Shown: positions 46,641 to 55,423 of the stretch, in pieces
How positions within the stretch are numbered: position 1 is the stretch's first letter
Layout of the letters: the number at the start of each line of letters is the position of its first letter
Source of the DNA: Minisyncoccia bacterium
GTDB lineage: Bacteria; Patescibacteriota; Minisyncoccia; UBA6257; 2-01-FULL-56-20
Assembly (NCBI GenBank): GCA_050008535.1
Contig: JBEKML010000001.1
Location: 327,050 to 391,049, forward strand
Length of the DNA: 64,000 nt
Reading direction: 5' to 3'
Made by a program: the position numbers and the translations under genes
The notes under the pieces: generated by a model
What the model saw: only the letters and a program-made list of their open reading frames with translations
What the model was told of the DNA's origin: nothing
Databases searched by the model: none

Positions 46641-47873
46641 ATGTTTAGGGGTGGTCGCCCCGCTCTTTTTAGATACGACGCAATGCCGCGAATTCGTAAA
46701 ACGCCAAGAAAGAAAGCAGAAGCCGTTTTTTCAAAAAAACGCTCCGTCCACGTCGGCGCAAAAAAAGCTTCTCTCCGCGCCGCCGCGGTTTTGCGGACGC
46801 TCCGCCGTGCGGCAATGGTTCGTGCAAAGAAGGAAAAAAAAGAACGCGAAAGAAAAAAGCCGCACCAGCTTGAGCGCCACGAAAGTAATCCGATCATCAC
46901 GCCGCGCGAGGACCGGTTTTGGGAAATGAAGGCGACGTTCAATCCCGGGGCGATCTATGCCGACCGGAGGGTGCACCTTCTCTATCGCGCGATCGGCGCC
47001 GATGACGTATCGGTTTTGGGTTATGCCGGGAGCGATGACGGCGTTACGGTCACGGAACGCCTGGAGGCACCTGCTTTTGTCCCGGATATTCGTAAAAAAC
47101 CGGTACCGGGCGCGCCGGCTGCGCTTCCTGCGTATTGTTCGGGGGGCGGGTGGAATGGCGGCTGTGAAGATCCCCGCCTCACCCTTATTGATGACAGGGT
47201 CTATCTTATGTATGCGGCGTTTGACGGATGGGGTTCCATCCGGGTCGCGCTCTCTTCCATAGGGCTTGAAGATTTTCTCCGCAAGCGCTGGCAGTGGAAG
47301 ATCCCGGCGATGATCTCTCCTCCGGGGGAGATCCATAAGAATTGGGTGCTCTTTCCGGAAAAGATCCAGGGCAAGTTCGCCATCTTGCACAGCATTTCTC
47401 CCGAGATCGAAATAGAATATTTTGACACCTTGGAAGAGCTTGAGCGGGGAGAGCGGGTCATTCAAAGTTATTATGACCGCGTTTCGCGCACCGGGAGCTG
47501 GGATAACTGGGTGCGCGGCGCGGGGCCGCCGCCCCTGAAAACGAAGCTCGGCTGGCTTCTCTTCTATCACGCAATGGATGTGCGCGACCCCAACCGTTAT
47601 AAGATCGGCGCAATGATCCTTGACGCAAACGATCCGAGGAAAGTGCTTTACCGCTCAAAAGTTCCTGTTTTGGAGCCCGATGCCCATTACGAGAACAGCG
47701 GATTCAAATCGGGCGTGGTTTATTCGTGCGGGGCAGTGGTGAAAGACGGCGAACTCTACGTGTATTACGGCGGCGGGGATTCGGTGGCGTGCGTCGCTAT
47801 GGCGAAGCTGGACACTTTCCTTGACGAACTTAAGCGTTATGGGGCGCCGAAGTTGAAAAATGCCGCTCGTTAA
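46641..47873 (+). CDS. GH130-family glycoside phosphorylase-like protein with a Lys/Arg-rich N-terminal tail
   Basis: GH130/DUF377-type blocks (NPGAIY, GGCEDPRLTLIDDRVYLMY, WLLFYH). The first roughly 80 aa are strongly basic. The true start is uncertain (ATG at 46641, 46684 or later). Confidence 0.7.
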   Translation: MFRGGRPALFRYDAMPRIRKTPRKKAEAVFSKKRSVHVGAKKASLRAAAVLRTLRRAAMVRAKKEKKERERKKPHQLERHESNPIITPREDRFWEMKATFNPGAIYADRRVHLLYRAIGADDVSVLGYAGSDDGVTVTERLEAPAFVPDIRKKPVPGAPAALPAYCSGGGWNGGCEDPRLTLIDDRVYLMYAAFDGWGSIRVALSSIGLEDFLRKRWQWKIPAMISPPGEIHKNWVLFPEKIQGKFAILHSISPEIEIEYFDTLEELERGERVIQSYYDRVSRTGSWDNWVRGAGPPPLKTKLGWLLFYHAMDVRDPNRYKIGAMILDANDPRKVLYRSKVPVLEPDAHYENSGFKSGVVYSCGAVVKDGELYVYYGGGDSVACVAMAKLDTFLDELKRYGAPKLKNAAR

Positions 47874-49788
47874 ACGTTCGCCCGAAAATCCTATCCTTTC
47901 GCCTGATGCAAGATCGGCGTGGGAGTCCGTGGCCACTTATAATCCATGTGCCGTTCTCGAAGGCGGCATGGTCCACCTGCTCTACCGCGCGACCGGCGTG
48001 AAGCAAAAAATAGGGGATCAGGAAGTGGAGATCTCTTCCATCGGCCATGCGGCGAGCAAGGACGGGATCCATTTCGCGGATCGCGAGGAGCTCTTTGGCC
48101 CGGAACATGATTGGGAGCGCTACGGCTGCGAAGACCCGCGCGTAGCGACCTTTGAAGGCAAGCATTACATTTTTTATACGGCAGTCAGGGAGTTCTCCGC
48201 CGACGGCATCAAGGTGGCCGTCGCGGTCACCGAGGATTGCAAAACGATCAAGGAAAAACACCTTGTGACGCCGTTCAATGCGAAGGCGATGGCGCTTTTT
48301 CCCGAGCGCGTGAACGGCAAGATCGCGGCGATCCTTACCGTGAATACCGACCGGCCGCCGGCAAAGATCTGCCTTGCGCTCTTTGATAGCATTGAGGAGC
48401 TATGGTCGGAGGAATACTGGAACAAATGGTACGCCGATTGGAAAAGCCACGCGATCGCGATCGAGCAAAACGAAGAAAAAGATCAGATAGAAGTCGGCTC
48501 GGCTCCTCTTAAAACAAAGGATGGCTGGCTCGTATTCTATTCTTATATCTATAATTACTTCTCTCCGCCGGCGGTTTTCGGCGTCCAGGCGATGCTGCTT
48601 GACCCGAACGACCCTAAAAAGATTGTGGGTGAGGTAAAGCACCCCTTCCTTGTGCCGGAAGAAGAATATGAATATTACGGCCGCGTGCCGCACGTTGTTT
48701 TCCCTTCCGGCGCGCTTATCCGCAAGAAAGAGATAGCTCTTTACTACGGTGCGGCCGACACGGTTTCCTGCGTTGCCATGATGCCGCTTGACGAGCTCCT
48801 GGAGCAATTGGTGTTCACGACGCAACGGGAACTTGCGCGCTTTGAGGGAAATCCCATCATCGCGCCGATCGCGGAGCATAAATGGGAATCGCGGGCGACC
48901 TTCAACCCCGCTGCGATCTTTTTGAACGGAAAAGTGCGTATCCTCTACCGCGCGATGTCCGACGACAACACGTCCACCATCGGCTACGCAAGCTCGGTGG
49001 ACGGCGTGCACATCACAAAACGCCTGCAGGAACCGATCTACGCCCCGCGCGAAGATTTTGAACAGAAAAATGTGCCGGGAGCGAATTCCGGCTGCGAGGA
49101 CCCGCGCCTTACGCAGATAGGGGACACGATCTACATGTGCTACACCGCGTTTGACGGAAAAGGCCCGCCGCGCGTGGCGTTCACCTCTATCACCGCCAAA
49201 GATTTCGACGATCATAAATGGAACTGGACCAAAGCCGTTCTTATCTCGCCGCCCGGTTTGGAAGACAAAGACGCCGCGCTGTTCCCGAAAAAGATCGGCG
49301 GCAAATACTGGTTCCTCCACCGCCTCGGTTCGGATATCTGGATCGATTCTACGGAGAACCTCGATTTTGATGGCAAGACCAAATTCCTCGGCGGGAAGAT
49401 CCTCATGCAGCCGCGCGCGAGCGAATGGGATTCAAAACGGATCGGCGGCACCTCGCCGCCCATCGAGACCGAATACGGATGGCTGCTTTTCTACCACGGC
49501 ATCTCGCGCCGCACGAATCACTATAACGTCCGCGCGGCACTCCTTGACCTTAAAGACCCGACGCTTGTGCTCTACCGGACGCACGACCCGCTTTTGGAAC
49601 CCGATATGCCTTATGAAAAACAAGGAATGGTCTCAAACGTCGTCTTCCCCTGCGGCGCGGTGATGATGAAAAACCAGCTCTATGTGTATTACGGAGGAGC
49701 GGACAAGTTCGTCTGTGTGGCGACGCTTGACATGAACGTCATCGTCCAGGGCCTCGTGCGCGAAGCGAAGTCCCAAAAACAGCAGTAA
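47860..49788 (+). CDS. tandem double GH130-family glycoside phosphorylase-like protein
   Basis: Two complete repeats, each with ENPIL/NPII, YNP.A, CEDPRV / CEDPRL and GWLLFYH blocks. Confidence 0.75.
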   Translation: MPLVKRSPENPILSPDARSAWESVATYNPCAVLEGGMVHLLYRATGVKQKIGDQEVEISSIGHAASKDGIHFADREELFGPEHDWERYGCEDPRVATFEGKHYIFYTAVREFSADGIKVAVAVTEDCKTIKEKHLVTPFNAKAMALFPERVNGKIAAILTVNTDRPPAKICLALFDSIEELWSEEYWNKWYADWKSHAIAIEQNEEKDQIEVGSAPLKTKDGWLVFYSYIYNYFSPPAVFGVQAMLLDPNDPKKIVGEVKHPFLVPEEEYEYYGRVPHVVFPSGALIRKKEIALYYGAADTVSCVAMMPLDELLEQLVFTTQRELARFEGNPIIAPIAEHKWESRATFNPAAIFLNGKVRILYRAMSDDNTSTIGYASSVDGVHITKRLQEPIYAPREDFEQKNVPGANSGCEDPRLTQIGDTIYMCYTAFDGKGPPRVAFTSITAKDFDDHKWNWTKAVLISPPGLEDKDAALFPKKIGGKYWFLHRLGSDIWIDSTENLDFDGKTKFLGGKILMQPRASEWDSKRIGGTSPPIETEYGWLLFYHGISRRTNHYNVRAALLDLKDPTLVLYRTHDPLLEPDMPYEKQGMVSNVVFPCGAVMMKNQLYVYYGGADKFVCVATLDMNVIVQGLVREAKSQKQQ

Positions 49789-49795
49789 TCCGCAG

Positions 49796-50302
49796 CTATT
49801 TGCGCGAGAGCGCTTTATCCACGACGATCACGACGTCCGCATAGCTCACGCCGAATTTGAGCGCCGCGGCTTTCGTTGGCATCCATATGTCCACCACATC
49901 TTTCATGCGCCGGTTCATGCGGTCTTCCACGGTGAAAACCTTATTTCCAAAGAGCGACGGGATCTTTATTTTCGTTCCGAAGGGAAAAAAATTGCTCGCG
50001 ACGATCCCATCGCGGACGTGCATACCGTTCGCGGTGATGGAGGGAGTAGAGTCGGTTTCGTCGGGGGAGCTTGAATATGCCGTCACCCGCAGATAAAGCG
50101 AGAAGGCGGGCCCGGCCGCTTCGGCTAACGTTCCGGCCGTTACGCTGGCCACGCTAGCGCTAGCCTGGCTCGTGGCCCCGCCAACCTGCGGCGCAACATA
50201 ATCCGCCTTAATAATGGCGGGCACAAAGGTGGCCGCAAAGGTGGCTGCAATGGTCGCAAAAACACATACCCTTCTGATCAGTTTCTTCATGTTTCCTAAC
50301 AA
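49796..50302 (-). CDS. secreted 3D-domain protein (MltA-like cell-wall binding)
   Basis: Signal peptide and C-terminal 3D domain (VTAYSSSPDETDSTPSITANG...VEDRMN...VDIWM, with conserved Asp residues). Confidence 0.65.
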   Translation of the reverse strand: MLGNMKKLIRRVCVFATIAATFAATFVPAIIKADYVAPQVGGATSQASASVASVTAGTLAEAAGPAFSLYLRVTAYSSSPDETDSTPSITANGMHVRDGIVASNFFPFGTKIKIPSLFGNKVFTVEDRMNRRMKDVVDIWMPTKAAALKFGVSYADVVIVVDKALSRK

Positions 50303-50398
50303 AAACGCCCCTCTCGGGGCTTATCACGTCTCTATTTTTTCGACGGGGATAGTATAGCGCAGAATGCAAAAAAACGCAAGGGGCACCCCGGAGGCCCG

Positions 50399-50620
50399 CT
50401 AAAACAGCTTCGGGGTCGTAGGGAAGGCGCTTTCTTTGGGGATTTTGACTTTCCGGTCTATCATTTTTTGCAGGTCTGCTACGCGCACCTTCCAGTGCTT
50501 GCCGATCTTGAAGCCGGGGAGCTTGCCTCGTTTGCACCAGCCCCAGATCGTCTTTTTTGTCACGCCAAAGAATTTGGCGAGTTTCTCGGCGTTATAGATG
50601 GACTCCTCCTTCTTCCTCAC
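50399..50620 (-). CDS. small helix-turn-helix DNA-binding protein (excisionase/MerR-like family)
   Basis: LAKFFGVTKKTIWGWCKRGKLPGFKIGKHWKV is the excisionase-type HTH signature. Divergent from nifS. Confidence 0.6.
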   Translation of the reverse strand: MRKKEESIYNAEKLAKFFGVTKKTIWGWCKRGKLPGFKIGKHWKVRVADLQKMIDRKVKIPKESAFPTTPKLF

Positions 50621-50657
50621 ATAAAGATTATAGCACTTCCTGTGCTACTATATTTTC

Positions 50658-51953
50658 ATGGCTAAGGGCAGGTTCTATTTTGACCATGCCGCGACGACGC
50701 CGCTTGATCCCGCAGTGCTGCGCGCGATGAAACCGTATTTTACGGATGATTTTGGCAATCCTTCCAACCTGTATGGCTTCGGGCGCAAGGCGAAAGCGGC
50801 CATCGCCGCGGCGGCGAAGAAAATAAGCGCTGCGCTTGGATGCGCCCCATCGGAATTTATTTTTACGGGCTCCGCGACCGAATCGGATAATATGGCGATC
50901 GCGGGCGTCGCGCGGGCGAACCGACGGACTGGCGGAAACGGCGCGGCGGGCGGCGCGGGCAAGATCATCGTTTCAAACGTGGAACACAAAGGCATCCTTT
51001 CCGTCTGCGACGCGCTTCGCGAAGAAGGATTTGAAATTGAATATTTGAAGGTGGGCCGCGACGGATTGGTAAATCCGCGCGACCTCACAAAAATGCTGGG
51101 CGAAAAAACCATTTTGGTTTCCGTAACGTATGCCGACAGCGAGACCGGCACGATCCAACCGATCGCGGAACTTGCAAAGGTGATCAAGAAATTCCGCGCC
51201 AAAACAAAGAGCGCGCTGCCATATTTCCATACTGATGCGAGCCAGGCGGCGGCATATTTGGACATCAACGTTCAGAAATTGGGGGTTGATCTCCTCACGC
51301 TCTCGGCGCACAAGCTCTACGGGCCGAAGGGCGTGGGCGGGCTCTACGTGCGGCGCGGCGTAAGGATGGTGCCGATCATCTATGGGGGCGGCCAGCAGGA
51401 CCGGCTTCGCTCGGGCACGGAGAACGTCCCTGCGATCGTCGGTTTCGGCGAGGCGGTGGCGCTCGCAGCAAAACATCGCAAAACCGAGGCGGCGCGCGTG
51501 AAAAACCTGCGCGACGCGCTCCAAAAAGGCATTTCTAAAAAGATCCCGAAAGTGGTCCTGAACGGCCATCCAACGAAGCGCCTCCCGAACTTTTTGAACA
51601 TCTCCATTTTGGACATTGAGGGCGAGGCGCTGCTTTTGTATCTTGATGAGCTGGGGATCATGGTGAACACCGGCTCCGCCTGCAATTCGGAGAGTTTGGA
51701 GCCGTCGTACGTACTCATGGCGCTCGGCAACCCGTATGAATATGCGCATGGCAGCGCCCGCTTCACGCTTGGGAAGGGGACCACGCCCGCCGCCGTCAAT
51801 TATGTTCTAAAGCACCTGCCTGAAGTTGTGGTAAAATTGCGGAACATCTCGCCGCTCAATCTAAAACTCGGCGAGAAGAAGATAACGTCCCAGCCGAAGG
51901 CCTTTATCGGCGGCCAAACGCCGCACTTTTTGAGGAAAAAACAAAGGGGTTGA
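50658..51953 (+). CDS. cysteine desulfurase (NifS/IscS family)
   Basis: FYFDHAATTPLDPAV N-terminus, PLP-Lys region SAHKLYGPKGVG, catalytic Cys loop GSACNS. Confidence 0.85.
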   Translation: MAKGRFYFDHAATTPLDPAVLRAMKPYFTDDFGNPSNLYGFGRKAKAAIAAAAKKISAALGCAPSEFIFTGSATESDNMAIAGVARANRRTGGNGAAGGAGKIIVSNVEHKGILSVCDALREEGFEIEYLKVGRDGLVNPRDLTKMLGEKTILVSVTYADSETGTIQPIAELAKVIKKFRAKTKSALPYFHTDASQAAAYLDINVQKLGVDLLTLSAHKLYGPKGVGGLYVRRGVRMVPIIYGGGQQDRLRSGTENVPAIVGFGEAVALAAKHRKTEAARVKNLRDALQKGISKKIPKVVLNGHPTKRLPNFLNISILDIEGEALLLYLDELGIMVNTGSACNSESLEPSYVLMALGNPYEYAHGSARFTLGKGTTPAAVNYVLKHLPEVVVKLRNISPLNLKLGEKKITSQPKAFIGGQTPHFLRKKQRG

Positions 51954-51957
51954 AATT

Positions 51958-52530
51958 ATGAAATTTGACGAAGAAAGGTTAATACAAATTGCCAAGCCCT
52001 ATATTAAAAAAGGGCGGGCAGGCGATTGGGAGCATGCCCAGGCAGCGGTTGAATGGGTAAAGAAATTAGGGGCGGGGCGAGATGATTTGAATTTGCTTAT
52101 TTCTGCCGCCTACATACATGATATCGGTTGGTCGGGAATCGGCATGGGGAAAAAACTGGATTTAAACGGGGTACTTGAATTTGGTCCTCAAGCAAACAAA
52201 AATTCTCAAGCACTGGTTTCTAAAGTTCTATCTAGTTTGGATTTCAGTGGGTCAGAAATTGAAACGGCAAATCGCCTGGTCGCAGCGGCCGACAAGCATT
52301 ACGCCGAAAAGGAGGATGAAGCCATAATTGTGGACGCAGATAATTTAAGCAAGCTAACAATGGAACAACTCCGAGAGAAATATGAGCCAAAAGAATTTTT
52401 GAAGCTTATAGATCGCTGGGAGGCCGAGATGCCGAAAAGAATAAAAACCGAAATCGGGAAAAACACGTATCCCAAAGCCTTAAAGGATTTAAGGGAGCAA
52501 ATCAACAAAAATGCCAACGAAAAGATCTAA
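51958..52530 (+). CDS. HD-domain protein (putative phosphohydrolase)
   Basis: H...HD motif (AAYIHDIGW), with a preceding His in EHAQAA. Inserted inside the Fe-S cluster operon. Confidence 0.5.
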   Translation: MKFDEERLIQIAKPYIKKGRAGDWEHAQAAVEWVKKLGAGRDDLNLLISAAYIHDIGWSGIGMGKKLDLNGVLEFGPQANKNSQALVSKVLSSLDFSGSEIETANRLVAAADKHYAEKEDEAIIVDADNLSKLTMEQLREKYEPKEFLKLIDRWEAEMPKRIKTEIGKNTYPKALKDLREQINKNANEKI

Positions 52531-53194
52531 GCCGGATGTGGTGAACCGATTCACGGGCGGAAGCTGGGCGTATTCAAACATAGTAAAAAACCACTTCTTC
52601 AACCCGCGGAATTTGCTGTGGAAGATGCCGGATAAAAAAGAGAGCAAGAGATTTGACGCGGAGGGGATCGTGGGGAGCCCTGCCTGCGGCGACGTCATGC
52701 GCGTATGGCTCAAAATTGACCCGAAAACGGAGAGGATAAAGGAATTTAAATGGCGGACGTTCGGATGCGCGAGCGCGGTCGCCGCCACCTCCATGCTTTC
52801 CGTGATGGTGACGGAAAAAGGCGGGATGAAAATAGCGAAGGCGCTCGCGATTAGGCCGCAGGACATCATGAAGCGCCTGGGCGGATTGCCGGACCGGAAG
52901 GTGCATTGCTCGGTTCTGGGCGATAAAGCACTGCGCTCGGCGATCAACGATTGGTTCAAAAAACGCGGAAAATTTGATAGAATTCTTACGGAGGGCGCGC
53001 GCATCATTGATCCGAACACAAAAGTGACCGAAGCGGACATTGAGGAAGCGGTGGTTGAGGGCGCGATAACCCTGGACGCCGTCCAGAAACGGACAAAGGT
53101 CGGCGTGGGCTACAAAGAATGCCTTCCGCAGGTGGAGGAATTGATCCGGTTCTATCGCGAAAAATATTATGGCACGGACCGCCGTAGAAAATAA
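52511..53194 (+). CDS. Fe-S cluster scaffold protein (IscU/NifU N-terminal type) with C-terminal extension
   Basis: NHFFNPRN and three scaffold Cys (GSPACGD, FGCASA, HCSVL). Confidence 0.75.
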   Translation: MPTKRSKPDVVNRFTGGSWAYSNIVKNHFFNPRNLLWKMPDKKESKRFDAEGIVGSPACGDVMRVWLKIDPKTERIKEFKWRTFGCASAVAATSMLSVMVTEKGGMKIAKALAIRPQDIMKRLGGLPDRKVHCSVLGDKALRSAINDWFKKRGKFDRILTEGARIIDPNTKVTEADIEEAVVEGAITLDAVQKRTKVGVGYKECLPQVEELIRFYREKYYGTDRRRK

Positions 53195-53414
53195 AATAGG
53201 GGAAATTTTGGACAAGGTGCGGCCGTACATCCAGATGCACGGCGGCGACGTTCATTTGGCGGGCGTTGACTTGGGCGAAGGCGTGGTCCGGCTCATGGTG
53301 AGCGGCAAATGCGTGGACTGCCCGTGGGTCGAGCTCACGTACGAAAAAATGATCGGGGAGCTTTTGAAAAAAGAAATTTCGGAGGTAAAAGAAGTGGTGG
53401 TTGAACTATCGTAA
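53169..53414 (+). CDS. NifU C-terminal-domain (Nfu-type) Fe-S assembly protein
   Basis: VRPYIQMHGGDVHLAGVDLGEGVVRLMVSGKCVDCPW contains the conserved CxxC. Confidence 0.7.
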   Translation: MARTAVENKIGEILDKVRPYIQMHGGDVHLAGVDLGEGVVRLMVSGKCVDCPWVELTYEKMIGELLKKEISEVKEVVVELS

Positions 53415-53422
53415 AAAAATCT

Positions 53423-53692
53423 ATGGCAAATCAAGTGGAATATAAGCGGACAAAAGCGGGTTCAAAGATCGCGAAGATCGTAGTGGACAAGGACCTTTGC
53501 ATCGGCGCGGCATCATGCATCGCCGTTGCGGGAACGACCTTTGAACTTGGCGCGGACAATAAAGTGGTCGTCGTCGCCAGCGGCGGCGCGGATGCGGCCG
53601 ACGACGAGACGCTCATTCTTGCCGCGGAATCCTGCCCCACAAAGGCGATCCTGCTTTTTGACGCGGCGGGAAATCAGATATACCCGAAATAA
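53423..53692 (+). CDS. small ferredoxin-like protein
   Basis: CIGAASC ... CP Cys pattern (DKDLCIGAASCIAVA ... AESCPTKAI). Confidence 0.6.
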   Translation: MANQVEYKRTKAGSKIAKIVVDKDLCIGAASCIAVAGTTFELGADNKVVVVASGGADAADDETLILAAESCPTKAILLFDAAGNQIYPK

Positions 53693-53694
53693 CA

Positions 53695-54927
53695 GTGGAA
53701 ACGTTTAAATATTTGATCGTCGGCGGCGGCGTTGCGGGCGCGACGGCTGCGGAGACCATCCGCGAGCACGATCCGGCGGGTACGATCGGCCTCGTGAACG
53801 AGGAGCCGTACACTTTGTATTCGCGGGTGATGCTTTCCAAGCCGGGGTTTTTCCTTGAGAAAATTCCCTTTGACAGCATCTGGCTTAAAAACCAGGAATG
53901 GTATCAAAAAAACAACATCACGTTCCTCGGCGGGAAAAAAGCGGTCGGATTGGACACAAAGGAAAAAACGCTGACGTTTGAAGGCGGCGATAAGGTCGGC
54001 TACGGGAAGCTCCTCCTTGCCACGGGCGTCTGCGCGCGGACGTGGGAGGTGGAAGGCGCGGAAAAGCAGGGCGTCTATTACCTCCACGCGCTTGATGACG
54101 CAAAAAAGATCATCGCGGCGATCAAGACCGCAAAGAAAGCAATTACGATCGGAAGCGGCTTCATCAGCTTTGAAATGTCCGATCTTTTGCGCATGGCCGG
54201 CTTGGAAGTGACGGCGGTCTATTTGGAAGATTATTACTGGCAGCAGACATTGGACGAAGTTTCGGGGAAAATGGTGGAGGCGGCGCTTGAGCGGATGGGG
54301 GTGAAACTCATGAGAAAATCGGCGGTGGCGAAAGTGCTGGGGACCGGGAAGGTGGAGGGCGTCGTTTTGAAGAACGGCCTCTCGATCCCGTGCGACATGA
54401 TCGTCTGCGGCATTGGCGCCTACTGCGCGTTTGATTGGCTGAAGAACGCGGGCATTGCGGTGAACCGCGGCATTTTGGCAAACGAATATCTGGAAACGAA
54501 CGTGCCGGACGTCTGGGCCGCCGGCGATGCCGCAGAGTTCAAAGACATCATCGCGGAAGAAGTGGTGCAAGAAGGCAATTGGGTGAATGCGCACGAACAG
54601 GGGAGGATCGCGGCGCTCAACATGACAGGTACCAAAGAACCATTCAAATTCGTTTCATTTTATACCACGCAGGGTTCCGGCATCACGATCGCATTCGCGG
54701 GCGACGTCCGGCCCCTGCCTGACCGCACGATCATCCATCGCGGCTCGCCCCAGGCCAATTCCTACGTGCGGCTCCTTGTTGTGGGCTATGAACTCGTCGG
54801 CGCCACCCTGATCAACCGCACACAGGAACTCACGACCATCACAAATCTCATTAAGAATAACGTGGACGTGTCGGGGAAACTGGACAAGCTTGCGGATCCG
54901 AATTTTGATCTGAAGACGCTGTTATAG
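53695..54927 (+). CDS. FAD/NAD(P)-dependent pyridine nucleotide-disulfide family oxidoreductase (ferredoxin/rubredoxin reductase-like)
   Basis: FAD GxGxxG YLIVGGGVAGATAAE, a second NAD-binding Rossmann motif, and AAGDAAEF. Confidence 0.75.
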   Translation: METFKYLIVGGGVAGATAAETIREHDPAGTIGLVNEEPYTLYSRVMLSKPGFFLEKIPFDSIWLKNQEWYQKNNITFLGGKKAVGLDTKEKTLTFEGGDKVGYGKLLLATGVCARTWEVEGAEKQGVYYLHALDDAKKIIAAIKTAKKAITIGSGFISFEMSDLLRMAGLEVTAVYLEDYYWQQTLDEVSGKMVEAALERMGVKLMRKSAVAKVLGTGKVEGVVLKNGLSIPCDMIVCGIGAYCAFDWLKNAGIAVNRGILANEYLETNVPDVWAAGDAAEFKDIIAEEVVQEGNWVNAHEQGRIAALNMTGTKEPFKFVSFYTTQGSGITIAFAGDVRPLPDRTIIHRGSPQANSYVRLLVVGYELVGATLINRTQELTTITNLIKNNVDVSGKLDKLADPNFDLKTLL

Positions 54928-55125
54928 CGGCTCAACTATGAAAACGGAGAGCGGTTGACAAGAAAATCAAAAAATGTAAAGTGGGATTTTACATCAGTGC
55001 TGGACGTCTATCTGCGGACCTACGCCAAGTATCGGAAAAGTGACCACGGAAATACATTCCGCTATTAATTGGTGCCGCCGCGGGAAATCCTTCAGTGTAT
55101 TGATTCCTCCTCCTTTTTAAGGGTA

Positions 55126-55180
55126 TTGACTATTTTGTAAATATGCCCTATCCTTACAAATAGGTCGTGTTCTATATAAA
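55126..55180 (+). promoter_or_regulatory. putative promoter with overlapping palindromic operator upstream of the island cassette
   Basis: TTGACT at 55126-55131, then TATCCT / TATATAAA as candidate -10 elements. Palindrome TTGTAA-N13-TTACAA at 55135-55159. Confidence 0.3.
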
Positions 55181-55197
55181 TTATTAGCCCATTTAAT

Positions 55198-55410
55198 ATG
55201 GAAAATAAAAAGGATAGGTTTAAGCGTTTGGCTACTGCAAGAACCAATGGGGTTTTGAGGTCGCTTAAAGTGCTTGGCAATTGTGCCAACAGGAGTGCCT
55301 ATGATTACAGCGAAGAGGAAGTTAATAAGATTTTTTCGGAAATTGAACGTCGTGTCCGGGAGATAAAGGCGAAATTTCATTTCGGCAAAAATAAGGAATT
55401 TAAACTGTAA
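55198..55410 (+). CDS. hypothetical small basic protein (70 aa), first gene of the island cassette
   Basis: AT-rich ORF 14 nt upstream of the GHKL gene. No motif recognised; could be a regulator. Confidence 0.4.
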   Translation: MENKKDRFKRLATARTNGVLRSLKVLGNCANRSAYDYSEEEVNKIFSEIERRVREIKAKFHFGKNKEFKL

Positions 55411-55423
55411 ATCTACCGCATCA

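Noticed and set aside
50675-51799. Several 140-260-aa minus-strand ORFs antisense to nifS
   Set aside because: Antisense to a cysteine desulfurase with clear PLP-binding and active-site motifs.
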